A stretch of 28,635 nucleotides of DNA, from the IMG/VR virus record IMGVR_UViG_3300033067_000584, positions 1 through 28,635 of that record; one strand, 5' to 3'. Positions 17,995 to 25,734 of this stretch are shown piece by piece. Position 1 is the stretch's first letter, and each line of letters opens with the position of its first letter. This DNA comes from a virus (lineage: Duplodnaviria > Caudoviricetes). The translations under genes were made by a program, and so were the position numbers. The notes beneath the pieces are model-generated. The model ran no database searches, was not told where the DNA came from, and worked only from the letters and a program-made list of their open reading frames with translations.

Positions 17995-18221
17995 GCCCAT
18001 GGCTTCAGCGTCATCGGGTCGATGCCGGGCCGGCAGGAGAAGATGCTCGGCACGGGTTCGCCGGGCGCCACCTGGAACCTGCTGTCCACCGGCGCGGCCT
18101 GGAAGCTGTACTTCGTGGCCGCGGTGATGATCGGCGTGCCGATGTGCTGCTGCTTCGCCGGCCGCTGGTGCGGCTCGAACTTGTTCGACTTGCTGCCCGC
18201 AGGCCGTCCGCGCTTGTTCAT
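17991..18221 (-). CDS. hypothetical protein (76 aa)
   Basis: ATG 18221 overlaps the upstream stop; AT-hook-like KRGRP at the N-terminus. Confidence 0.5.
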   Translation of the reverse strand: MNKRGRPAGSKSNKFEPHQRPAKQQHIGTPIITAATKYSFQAAPVDSRFQVAPGEPVPSIFSCRPGIDPMTLKPWA

Positions 18222-18742
18222 GCTGGGGTGACCTCCGCGCGCCGTGAGCGCAGCTTGATGCGGGAGACGGCCTGCTCGCTGACGCCCAGGTCGCGGGCGA
18301 TGGCTCGTCCGGTTTCGGATCCGATGCGCGCGAGGATCTGGCGCACCGTGGCCTCGGGCGTCGGCGTCTTGCCGGTGACTTCCCAGGCGCGCCTGATGTT
18401 GGCGCGGCGGGCCTCGAGGTGCGCGCCCTTCAGGCGGCCGGTCGCGGCCAGCGCGGCGTGCATCTCGGTCGTGTTCTCTGCAATGCGGATATGCGCCGGG
18501 CAGACGCAGTCGGTGCAGCCGCAGGATCGGTATGGAATGCCGCCTCGGGGCGCGGCGCCGTGGGCGATGTTCCACACCGCGGTGGGGCCGGGCATGCAGC
18601 GCTTCTCGCCGCGGTCGTGGTCGAACGTCCAGATCCGCGGGCTGCCCTTGACCATCGCGCCGAGCCAGTGCCAGCACAGGTCGCCGGGCCGGCGCTCGGA
18701 GCGGTCGAACAGGTCTTGAATGCGTGTGATGCCGCGCTTCAT
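18218..18742 (-). CDS. degenerate HNH-family protein with C-terminal HTH
   Basis: ATG 18742 (174 aa); CWHWLG...RSCGCTDCVCPAHI, then GRAIARDLGVSEQAVSRIK. Confidence 0.6.
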   Translation of the reverse strand: MKRGITRIQDLFDRSERRPGDLCWHWLGAMVKGSPRIWTFDHDRGEKRCMPGPTAVWNIAHGAAPRGGIPYRSCGCTDCVCPAHIRIAENTTEMHAALAATGRLKGAHLEARRANIRRAWEVTGKTPTPEATVRQILARIGSETGRAIARDLGVSEQAVSRIKLRSRRAEVTPA

Positions 18743-19158
18743 GCCGCGAACCTCTTGGCCAAGTGCGCCCCGACGTTGCGCGCGGCCGCGGCAGTTGCGG
18801 CAGCGATCGACGGCGACGCTCCGAGGTCTTGCAGCTGCTGCGCGCACTTGCGCTGCTGGCGCCACCGGCCGCGGTCGTCGCGGGCCTTGGCGCAGTCGTC
18901 GATGCAGCGGCGGCGCTTTGGAATCCGGCGGCGCGCGATCTTGTCGATCAACGAGGTCACCAGTTCGTCTCCGACCGAAGGCTGCCCGTCCAACTTAGCG
19001 ACAAGGCCGTACATGAACTGCCGCAGTGCAATCCGGCAAAGGTCGGAAGCAGTGCGGCCGTCCTCGCAAGCCAATCGTTTCAGGTCGAGCATTTCGCGCT
19101 CGGTCAGCCGCAGCTTCAGTTCCTCGGTGCGTTTGTCGTCGCGGATCGGGAGGTTCAT
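18739..19158 (-). CDS. ribbon-helix-helix-like regulator in the CII position
   Basis: ATG 19158 (139 aa); KRTEELKLRLTEREMLDLKRLACEDGRTASDLCRIALR followed by a basic extension. Confidence 0.55.
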   Translation of the reverse strand: MNLPIRDDKRTEELKLRLTEREMLDLKRLACEDGRTASDLCRIALRQFMYGLVAKLDGQPSVGDELVTSLIDKIARRRIPKRRRCIDDCAKARDDRGRWRQQRKCAQQLQDLGASPSIAAATAAAARNVGAHLAKRFAA

Positions 19159-19310
19159 GTGCTGCTCGTCAGTTGGGCGCGGGGCACGCGCGAATGTGGG
19201 CCAGCGCACGGACGCCGCAGAAATGGGCGCTCCACACTGCGGCGGGGCGAGGCTTGCTCGTGGGGGTCAGATGGTGACCTTTGCTCATGTTCGTGCTCTG
19301 ATCGCGGAGA

Positions 19311-19520
19311 TCAGGCTGCGGCTTGCTGAGGCAGCGGAAACCGGAACTGGTCGCAGTCCGGTTCAGCGCGGAGTTCCCCGGCCGTCAGCGCTTCGATCTG
19401 CAACTGCCTCAAAGGAGGCGGATGCCGATCCCAGTTCGCCACCGACGGCTGCGTGATTCCTAGAGCCTCCGCGACCTTCTGCTGAGACCCAAAGTGCTTG
19501 AGCACATCGTCCTTGGTCAT
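19311..19520 (-). CDS. cro: Cro-like repressor
   Basis: MTKDDVLKHFGSQQKVAEALGITQPSVANW...PP.RQLQIE.LT.G.L; divergent from the CI-like gene. Confidence 0.88.
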   Translation of the reverse strand: MTKDDVLKHFGSQQKVAEALGITQPSVANWDRHPPPLRQLQIEALTAGELRAEPDCDQFRFPLPQQAAA

Positions 19521-19527
19521 GCCCGAC

Positions 19528-19555
19528 ATCATAGCGGGGCCTATGCGTTTGTCAA
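19528..19555 (-). promoter_or_regulatory. pR-like promoter
   Basis: TTGACA (19555-19550), 16-nt spacer, TATGAT (19533-19528), 7 nt before the cro ATG. Confidence 0.8.
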
Positions 19556-19568
19556 TAGCGCCCGATAT
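19531..19568. promoter_or_regulatory. OR-like operator pair
   Basis: ATAGCGGGGCCTAT (19531-19544) and ATAGCGCCCGATAT (19555-19568); ATAG-N6-CTAT dyad. Confidence 0.8.
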
Positions 19569-19592
19569 GGCTTTTGAAGGCAGCATGTATAC

Positions 19593-19991
19593 ATGACCTC
19601 AATGGGCGCTCGTATTAAGGCTCTTCGGGAGGCCCAAGGGCTTTCGATCACTGAAGCCGCTAGGCGGATCGGGATCAAGCAGCCGTCGATGTCTAACATC
19701 GAGTCTGGGAAGACGGTCAAGCTGCGCGGTGACACACTCTCGGCAATCTGTCGAGTGTTCGGGGCCTCCCCGGATTTCATCCTTCGGGGCTACGCCAACT
19801 CCACCGAGGCAACGCTGATGGAAAGCGAGCTAGTCCGGTTGTGGCGGGCCATGCCCGAAGACCAGCGACCGCATGTGCTGGCCGTGATCAGGGCGATGGC
19901 AAAAGAACCGCCGCGCCCTCACTCGGCACCCGACCAGGCCGCGGAAGCCGCGGCAAGCGGTAGGTCTACATCGCTGTTACAACCTCGCTGA
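19593..19991 (+). CDS. CI-like XRE-family repressor without a peptidase S24 domain
   Basis: MGARIKALREAQGLSITEAARRIGIKQPSMSNIESGK HTH; only 132 aa; flanked by operators. Confidence 0.85.
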   Translation: MTSMGARIKALREAQGLSITEAARRIGIKQPSMSNIESGKTVKLRGDTLSAICRVFGASPDFILRGYANSTEATLMESELVRLWRAMPEDQRPHVLAVIRAMAKEPPRPHSAPDQAAEAAASGRSTSLLQPR

Positions 19992-20008
19992 CTTTTTTTC
20001 GCAAAAGC

Positions 20009-20047
20009 ATAGCGGGGCCTATTGACAGGTCCGATAGCGCGGCCTAT
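20009..20047. promoter_or_regulatory. OL-like operator pair
   Basis: ATAGCGGGGCCTAT (20009-20022, identical to 19531-19544) and ATAGCGCGGCCTAT (20034-20047). Confidence 0.82.
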
Positions 20048-20050
20048 AGT
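20022..20050 (+). promoter_or_regulatory. pL-like promoter
   Basis: TTGACA (20022-20027), 17-nt spacer, TATAGT (20045-20050), overlapped by both operators. Confidence 0.85.
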
Positions 20051-20080
20051 CTCTCCATCGACAACGCACCGGAGAGCAGC

Positions 20081-20284
20081 ATGAACGAATCCAGCATCAA
20101 CCGCACAGCCTTCGTGCTTGGCTATCTGGACGGACGCAAGTCCCGCCGGTTCATCTCGATTCGGCAAGCGCAGCGCAAGTTTTCCGGCCTTCCGGCTGCG
20201 GCCATCGAGTGCTATCTGAACGGTCACGACGACGGCGTTCGCGGCGACGACACCCGCTATCGACTGATGTCGAAGCAATCCTGA
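20081..20284 (+). CDS. first early-operon gene, hypothetical (67 aa)
   Basis: GGAG RBS, directly after pL. Confidence 0.65.
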   Translation: MNESSINRTAFVLGYLDGRKSRRFISIRQAQRKFSGLPAAAIECYLNGHDDGVRGDDTRYRLMSKQS

Positions 20285-20342
20285 CCCCACCCGCTGCCCC
20301 TCTGAGGAGGGGATGCGAGTGTGGTCAACCACTGGAGCCGAT

Positions 20343-20630
20343 ATGAATGCAGACCAAGTCCGAGCCCTCGTCGCAGCCAAATTCCCCGGCGTGCTCGATT
20401 TACCGCTGGCGCAAGCCATGCTCGGCGCGTCGTCGATGGCATTGCTGGAGTCGAGCGACGCCGACCGAGTGATCCTGCTGGCAGACGCTCGCGCCCATGC
20501 GGATGCTTGTCTCGCCGCGTGCGACGGTTGGACCGTCGAAACGCTGGGCCACAACATCGAGTCCGCTTTCAGCGGCGAATTGGACTGCGACGAGTGCGAC
20601 GAGATTGCCCGCAAGGCGCTGGGCCTGTGA
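20343..20630 (+). CDS. hypothetical protein (95 aa)
   Basis: ATG 20343 with a GGAG RBS inside the repeat. Confidence 0.6.
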   Translation: MNADQVRALVAAKFPGVLDLPLAQAMLGASSMALLESSDADRVILLADARAHADACLAACDGWTVETLGHNIESAFSGELDCDECDEIARKALGL

Positions 20631-20670
20631 TCGTCGCCAACAAATAGCGGTCAACCACTGTGGTGAAAAC

Positions 20671-20877
20671 ATGAGCTGCAAACATGGAAATTGGACCGCG
20701 TGCGATCAGTGCGAAGCCGAAATCGAAGCAATGCACGCAGGAATCAAGGCTGGCGCCGCAGCAGAGAGAGAACGAATTGCCGCATGGCTTGATTGCGACT
20801 GGCCCGCCGATGCGGTCGAAGAACGATATCACCGCGCATGGATCGCCACAAAGTTGCGTCTTAACAACTTCCATTGA
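20671..20877 (+). CDS. hypothetical protein (68 aa), CKH...CDQC
   Basis: ATG 20671 after the repeat core; contains the AERERIA phage motif. Confidence 0.55.
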   Translation: MSCKHGNWTACDQCEAEIEAMHAGIKAGAAAERERIAAWLDCDWPADAVEERYHRAWIATKLRLNNFH

Positions 20878-20928
20878 ACGCAGCCGCATCTTTTCTGGGA
20901 TGCGGCGTGGTCAACCACTGGAGCCGAC

Positions 20929-21270
20929 ATGGACACCCTGGACGAGATCCGCAGCGCCGAGTACATCGAGCGCAACCCCGAGTCGAACGCCGCGCAGGCC
21001 GTCCGCGAAGCGGCGCACGCCTACAGCTTCGGCGTGTTCTTGAGCGAGTTCGAGCGCGGCAATGACAAGATCGTCGAGACCCCGCAGTACAGCCGCGAGC
21101 GCTCCACGATTCAAGAAGTCGCCGAGTGCGACATGGACATCGGCCCGGTGCTGGACCTGATCCGCGCCGCGTCGAAGTGCAACCACGCCACACTCAGGCT
21201 GCAGGCTCAGGCCATTGTCGCCACGCTGGCCCGGCAGTACGCCGACGACGTGCAGGACGCGACGCAATGA
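20929..21270 (+). CDS. hypothetical protein (113 aa)
   Basis: GGAG RBS in the repeat; ATGA overlap with the next gene. Confidence 0.6.
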   Translation: MDTLDEIRSAEYIERNPESNAAQAVREAAHAYSFGVFLSEFERGNDKIVETPQYSRERSTIQEVAECDMDIGPVLDLIRAASKCNHATLRLQAQAIVATLARQYADDVQDATQ

Positions 21271-21836
21271 AAGCGTGGCACTTTGTGGGTGACACCCTGC
21301 GCGACGGCCGCCCTGTTCCGAAGGACGGTGAGCTGTTGCGCTTCGACGGCAAGCCTATCTTGTGCGAGCAAGGTCTGCATGCTTCTCTGGAGCCGTGGGG
21401 GGCGCTCCAGTACGCCCCGGGAGAAACACTGTGCTTGGTGGAGTGCGGCGGTCAGATCGTCCACGGACTTGACAAGTTCGTCTGTACCGAGCGGACGATC
21501 ATCGTTCGCATGGATGCGGGCCCGCTGTTGCGGCACTTTGCGCGGCAGCAGGCGTTGTCGGTGGTCCATTTGTGGGAGCCGCCGCAGGTCGTTCTTGATT
21601 TCATCATGGGTGACGATGCCGCGAGGGCTGCCGCGTGGGCTGCCGCGAGCAATGCCGCGTGGGTTGCCGCGAGGGCTGCCGCGAGCAATGCCGCGTGGGC
21701 TGCCGCGAGCAATGCCGCGTGGGCTGCCGCGAGGGCTGCCGCGAGCAATGCCGCGAGCAATGCCGCGTGGGCTGCCGCGAGGCAAGACTTCAATGCTCTC
21801 GTCCTCGACTCTTTCGCCGACTGGTTGGAGGATTGA
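21267..21836 (+). CDS. phage protein with LC..GLHAS motif and Ala/Trp tetrapeptide repeat
   Basis: ATG 21267 (189 aa); MKAWHF...LCEQGLHAS...ALQYAPG; AARA/AAWA/AASN repeats. Confidence 0.7.
   Translation: MKAWHFVGDTLRDGRPVPKDGELLRFDGKPILCEQGLHASLEPWGALQYAPGETLCLVECGGQIVHGLDKFVCTERTIIVRMDAGPLLRHFARQQALSVVHLWEPPQVVLDFIMGDDAARAAAWAAASNAAWVAARAAASNAAWAAASNAAWAAARAAASNAASNAAWAAARQDFNALVLDSFADWLED
21618..21785 (+). repeat. 14 x 12-bp coding tandem repeat GCCGCG-N6
   Basis: Units GCCGCGAGGGCT, GCCGCGTGGGCT and GCCGCGAGCAAT in mixed order, plus two variants. Confidence 0.9.
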
Positions 21837-21837
21837 G

Positions 21838-22023
21838 ATGAACTCGCTTCCATCGCACCGTCAACTGATCAACGGCCGCACGTTCCGCGAGTCGTGGAAC
21901 CCGGCGAGCATGGATCCGGTGGAGCGCATCACGCGGCGCACCGAGTCGTTTGCATCCGTCATCCTCGCCTGCACGCTCGGCGTGCTCGGCGCTGTCGCCC
22001 TCGTGGCGTGGTGGAGCCTGTGA
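21838..22023 (+). CDS. small membrane protein (61 aa)
   Basis: GGAGG RBS; C-terminal hydrophobic helix. Confidence 0.6.
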   Translation: MNSLPSHRQLINGRTFRESWNPASMDPVERITRRTESFASVILACTLGVLGAVALVAWWSL

Positions 22024-22265
22024 TGAACCTCAACGACACACCCAGCAGCGGCCCTCTGTACGCGCACGACTTCGAGCCGTGGCACCTGCCGCACATGTCT
22101 CAAGCGCTGGACAACCCGCCGGCGCCGGCCGAAGCCTGCACCGAGATCGGCGTGGACGACCAGGCGCCGGCCACGTTCTCCAACCTGATCTGGGTCGGCG
22201 CCGGCTGCCTGATCGGCCTGGCTTGCTTCTCCGCGCTGTGCGGCTACATCGTCGCACGCATCTGA
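22023..22265 (+). CDS. small membrane protein (80 aa)
   Basis: TGATG coupling to the previous gene; C-terminal hydrophobic helix. Confidence 0.6.
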   Translation: MNLNDTPSSGPLYAHDFEPWHLPHMSQALDNPPAPAEACTEIGVDDQAPATFSNLIWVGAGCLIGLACFSALCGYIVARI

Positions 22266-22391
22266 TCAACGACCCGTCCGCGAAGCTGCGGTGCGCTGTG
22301 GGCGCCTGCAATCTCCTCTCACTTTCCGGTGTTGACGCAGGCAGCAATAGGGTCGGGTTGCGCCGGCCACGGGTCACCAATCGAGACTGAC

Positions 22392-22496
22392 ATGCAAGAC
22401 TTTGTCGCTGTCTACCGCCTTTACCGCCGCGTGCACTCGCGCCGGTACGCACTGCAATCCGCCTGGCGCATCGTCGTGCGCGGGATCCCATTCTGA
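22392..22496 (+). CDS. small basic peptide (34 aa)
   Basis: MQDFVAVYRLYRRVHSRRYALQSAWRIVVRGIPF; its stop overlaps the RBS (TGAGGA) of the Erf gene. Confidence 0.5.
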   Translation: MQDFVAVYRLYRRVHSRRYALQSAWRIVVRGIPF

Positions 22497-22503
22497 GGAC
22501 GAC

Positions 22504-23079
22504 ATGGACACCAAGCAAGTATCTGCCGCTTTCGTCAAGGCACAAAAGGCATTCGGACCTGCGCTGAAGAGTGCGACCAATCCGCACTTCCGCTCAAAGT
22601 ACGCGGACCTATCGGCTTGTGTCGAAGCGGTCATCGATGCCCTGAACAACAACGGCATCGCACTGATGCAGCGGAACATCGCCTGCGATACGGGTGTCTG
22701 CGTCGAGACCGTGCTGATCCACGAATCAGGCGAGATGCTGTCCAGTGGACCGCTTCACGTCCCAGCTCAGAAGATCGACGCGCAGGGCTACGGCAGCGCT
22801 TTAACGTATGCCCGCAGGTACAGCTTGATGGCTGCGTGTGGCATCGCTCCCGAGGATGACGACGGCAATGCGGCCATGAAGCGCAATAAGGTCCGCGACG
22901 AATGGCTGGCCGGCCGTAAGACCGCAATCATGTCTGCGTCGAATGTAGGAGAACTGAAGAAGATCGTCTCCGACGCCATCGAGTCGGCAACGAACGAAGA
23001 CGACGGCCGCGCCGTCGATCAGATCAACGCATGGGCCGAGGAAAAGAAGTCCTCTGCCAAGACCAAGGAGCACGCATGA
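22504..23079 (+). CDS. erf: Erf-family ssDNA annealing recombinase
   Basis: ATG 22504; NPHFRSKYADL, T.LIHESGE, QGYGSALTYARRYSL, EDDDGN. Confidence 0.9.
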   Translation: MDTKQVSAAFVKAQKAFGPALKSATNPHFRSKYADLSACVEAVIDALNNNGIALMQRNIACDTGVCVETVLIHESGEMLSSGPLHVPAQKIDAQGYGSALTYARRYSLMAACGIAPEDDDGNAAMKRNKVRDEWLAGRKTAIMSASNVGELKKIVSDAIESATNEDDGRAVDQINAWAEEKKSSAKTKEHA

Positions 23080-23570
23080 CAGCCCTCTATGTTCTTGTGA
23101 ACGAGTACCGCGCCGCAGCGGAACAACTCGCAAATATCGAACTGGACGAACAGACGGTCGCAGATACGCTCGAAGGACTGTCCGGTGAACTTGAAGTCAA
23201 GGCGCAGCAGGTTGCCTTCATGGTTAGGAACATGGAAGTGACCGCTGACGCAATCGCGCAGTTCATCAAGGATCAGTCGGCCAGGGCCAAGGCTATCCAG
23301 CACCGGGCAGATGGTCTCCGCTCGTACCTGCACAGGTGCATGGAAGAAGCGGGGATCGAGAAGATCGAAGGCCCGGGAATCTCGTTGAGTTTCCGCAAGT
23401 CCAGTGCTGTCGCCATCGATGAACCCGGGCTGATCCCTGTGCAGTTCATGCGGACCCCTGAACCGCCGCCGCCAGCACCGGACAAGAAGGCGATTGCAGA
23501 TGCCATCAAGGCCGGGGTCGAAGTTCCGGGCGCCCACATCGAGCATCGTCGCTCGTTGCAGATCAAGTGA
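23076..23570 (+). CDS. siphovirus Gp157-family protein
   Basis: ATG 23076; LY...DTLE.L...K, coiled coil, PDKKAI..AIK.G.EVPGA. Confidence 0.85.
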   Translation: MTALYVLVNEYRAAAEQLANIELDEQTVADTLEGLSGELEVKAQQVAFMVRNMEVTADAIAQFIKDQSARAKAIQHRADGLRSYLHRCMEEAGIEKIEGPGISLSFRKSSAVAIDEPGLIPVQFMRTPEPPPPAPDKKAIADAIKAGVEVPGAHIEHRRSLQIK

Positions 23571-23890
23571 AGTTCCCGAAGTCGCCTCCTGTTCGCAGCG
23601 AGTCCTATCGCCGATGGGTGGCGACGCTTCCCTGCGCGTGCTGCGGCATCGTCGGATTCAGCCAGGCGGCGCATCCGAATAGCGGCAAGGGCGTGGCGAT
23701 GAAGACAAGCGACCTTCTGTGCTTCCCTCTGTGCTCCATGCGCCCGGGGCATCAGGGTTGCCACGCGATGCATGACCTCTGCGTGGACATGACGCGAGAC
23801 GGCCGGCGACTCGCTGAACAGAGGTACATCGCTCAGACGCAGGACGCTGCGGTCAAGGCTGGGCGCAAGGAGATCGTGTGCACCAACTGA
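23567..23890 (+). CDS. DUF968/Ref-like Zn-binding HNH-type protein
   Basis: RSESYRRWVATLPCACCG...AAH...K.SD...PLC...CH..HD. Confidence 0.7.
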   Translation: MKFPKSPPVRSESYRRWVATLPCACCGIVGFSQAAHPNSGKGVAMKTSDLLCFPLCSMRPGHQGCHAMHDLCVDMTRDGRRLAEQRYIAQTQDAAVKAGRKEIVCTN

Positions 23891-24264
23891 CCCTCTGGAA
23901 CGCGCAGCAAGGGCACAGCACGCTGCTGCAACTGTGGCAGTGGATCAAGCCGCATCTGATCGCAGGACGTCGCATCCAGATCGTGGCGCGAGAAGCGACG
24001 AGGTCATCGGAGCAAAACGCCAAGCTGCACGCGATGATCTCGGACATCGCACGCACCCGCGAGTGGGCCGGCAAGCGGCGCGACATCGAAACGTGGAAGC
24101 GCCTGCTGACAGCGGCGTGGCTCAGGGCGCGTGGCGAGTCCGTGGAACTGCTTCCGGCGCTGGACGGTCACGGGATCGATGTGGTGTTCAGGCCGACGTC
24201 CTCGCTGACTGTCGCGGAATGCTCGGAACTGATCGACTTCATCGAAGCATGGGAGGCATCGTGA
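23878..24264 (+). CDS. ninB: NinB (Orf) recombination protein
   Basis: RSSEQNAKLHAMISDIAR..W.G...WKRL, TS.LTV.ECSELIDFIEAW. Confidence 0.88.
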   Translation: MHQLTLWNAQQGHSTLLQLWQWIKPHLIAGRRIQIVAREATRSSEQNAKLHAMISDIARTREWAGKRRDIETWKRLLTAAWLRARGESVELLPALDGHGIDVVFRPTSSLTVAECSELIDFIEAWEAS

Positions 24265-24701
24265 GTGATCTTCTCAAGGCCGCGCTGGCGGCGCTGGAGG
24301 CGATGGAGCACAGCGTGCCGACCGGCACCATCTCGCTGGACGATTGGTACGGGACGCAGCACCGGCTCCGCGCCGCGCTGGCGCAGCCCGAGCCCACGGA
24401 AGACTGCTGGCTCAATGGAGGTAAGTGCATCGATGGCTGCAAGGGTCGTCCGCACTGTGCCAATAACGACACCACCGCAGCAGGTCAACCCACGGCAGAC
24501 GGCCCGACGCTTCCGAAGCCCCGCGTATTGGATCACCTCGGGTTTAGTGCAGGCACGTACACCGCCAACCAGATGCTCGCCTTCCGAGACGCTGCCGTGG
24601 CGCAGGAGCGGGAGAGGTGCGCGAAGGTGTGCGAGAGCGTGAACAACCACGACAACCCGATGACGGCACAGGACTGCGCCGCGGCAATCCGCAAGGGGTG
24701 A
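24261..24701 (+). CDS. hypothetical mosaic early protein (146 aa)
   Basis: GTG 24261 after GGAGG; LRAALAQP, YTA.QM.A and ERERCAKVCE...CAAAIR motifs. Confidence 0.65.
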   Translation: MSDLLKAALAALEAMEHSVPTGTISLDDWYGTQHRLRAALAQPEPTEDCWLNGGKCIDGCKGRPHCANNDTTAAGQPTADGPTLPKPRVLDHLGFSAGTYTANQMLAFRDAAVAQERERCAKVCESVNNHDNPMTAQDCAAAIRKG

Positions 24702-24704
24702 GAG

Positions 24705-25025
24705 ATGGACCTGATCGAGAGACTGCGCGAGAGGCGCATAACGCGCTGGGTGCACAGCACTGGTATGCCTCCGAAGTCTGACGGATTCACCCGGGATGCT
24801 CTCTGCATTGAAGCCGCCGACGAGATCGAGCGGCTGACCAACAACACCGACAACCTGCGGCAACAGGTTGAGGATCTGACCAAGGAGCGCGATGCGCTGC
24901 GCCTGGATGCGGCACGGTATCGGTGGCTGCGCGCAAATCACCTACAGGTAGGCCCCGATGCCTGGATCATAACGGGCGATGACCTAGACGAAGCCATCGA
25001 CGCGGCGATGAAGGAGCGGAGATGA
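24705..25025 (+). CDS. Ead/Ea22-like early protein
   Basis: DLIERLR, EAADEIERL, DAARYRWLR, LDEAIDAAM motifs. Confidence 0.65.
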   Translation: MDLIERLRERRITRWVHSTGMPPKSDGFTRDALCIEAADEIERLTNNTDNLRQQVEDLTKERDALRLDAARYRWLRANHLQVGPDAWIITGDDLDEAIDAAMKERR

Positions 25026-25270
25026 CAACCTGCCACCGCTGCGGACTGCCGCAATTCGACGGCCCAGCCGGCTACGCTGGGCCGCAGTGCCGGTGTTGGT
25101 TGATTGACCAGCACCGACCTTCTGCCTACAAGCCCATGCCGCCAGTCGGTGGCTGCCAGCCCGCGCAACCACTCACAGAGTCCGACATCCGTCGGATCAT
25201 CCGCGAGGAAGTATCCGCGTGGCGCGAGGAGTTCAAGAAGTGGCAGGAAGTGCTGGAGAAGAAGCCATGA
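25022..25270 (+). CDS. hypothetical protein (82 aa)
   Basis: AAGGAG RBS; ATGA overlaps at both ends. Confidence 0.6.
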   Translation: MTTCHRCGLPQFDGPAGYAGPQCRCWLIDQHRPSAYKPMPPVGGCQPAQPLTESDIRRIIREEVSAWREEFKKWQEVLEKKP

Positions 25271-25377
25271 CTGACGCCGGTTTAATGCTCGCGCTCAGTA
25301 TCTATCTGTACTCAACCGGACACTGGATCGGCGGCACGGTTGCACTCTACCTGTATAGACGCCGTATCAAGGAGTAA
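25267..25377 (+). CDS. small hydrophobic peptide (36 aa)
   Basis: MTDAGLMLALSIYLYSTGHWIGGTVALYLYRRRIKE; exactly fills the gap and carries the next gene's RBS. Confidence 0.5.
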   Translation: MTDAGLMLALSIYLYSTGHWIGGTVALYLYRRRIKE

Positions 25378-25380
25378 ACA

Positions 25381-25728
25381 ATGACCTCTGACCGCGAACT
25401 ACTGGAACTCGCCGCGAAGGCGGCGGGGATCACTTTCATTAAGTGGGTTGAAGATGTGCGGGCGTGGCTCTGCGAAACAAACGATGGCACGCCGCGCTAT
25501 TTCTGGAACCCGTTGGACTACGACGGCGACGCGCTGCGGCTGGCGGTGGCGCTGAACATCGACCTGATGCACGACACCGGCGTTGGCGGCCCGGGTCAAA
25601 GCGTGACGTTCCCGCTCGAAGGCGACTACGAAGCGTTGACTGAGCACCATGCGGAAGGCGACAAGCAGTCCGCCACCCGCCGCGCCATCGTCCGCGCAGC
25701 CGCTGAGATCGGGCGGGCGACGGCATGA
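25381..25728 (+). CDS. conserved phage protein (115 aa)
   Basis: DRELLELAAKAAG, WNPL..DGDALRLAV.L and ATRRAIVRAAAEIG motifs; AAGGAG RBS. Confidence 0.75.
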   Translation: MTSDRELLELAAKAAGITFIKWVEDVRAWLCETNDGTPRYFWNPLDYDGDALRLAVALNIDLMHDTGVGGPGQSVTFPLEGDYEALTEHHAEGDKQSATRRAIVRAAAEIGRATA

Positions 25729-25734
25729 GCGAGT

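Larger units (their letters stand above)
20321..20931 (+). repeat. three copies of a pre-gene repeat with core GGTCAACCACTG
   Basis: GTGGTCAACCACTGGAGCCGAYATG at 20321-20345 and 20907-20931 (24/25 identical); 12-bp core at 20649-20660. Each copy sits just before a start codon. Confidence 0.8.

Noticed and set aside
19169-19288. 39-aa minus-strand ORF and a GCCGCAG/CTGCGGC hairpin between cro and the RHH gene
   Set aside because: No motif, weak RBS and no U-tract; not enough evidence for a gene or terminator.
19569-19592. pRM-like promoter giving a leaderless repressor mRNA
   Set aside because: Plausible by analogy (CAGCAT 6 nt before the ATG) but too far from consensus to call.
20321-20931. 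Link between the GGTCAACC repeat core and the identical L'' box of attC1
   Set aside because: Only an 8-bp match and no R boxes at attC spacing; probably coincidence.
21618-21785. Possible CRISPR array or DGR repeat
   Set aside because: Contiguous in-frame 12-bp units with no spacers; no cas or reverse transcriptase gene and no adenine-specific variation.
22175-22181. GTTCTCC as the partner core site for attC1
   Set aside because: It is 3.5 kb away inside a coding region with no attC hairpin; expected by chance.
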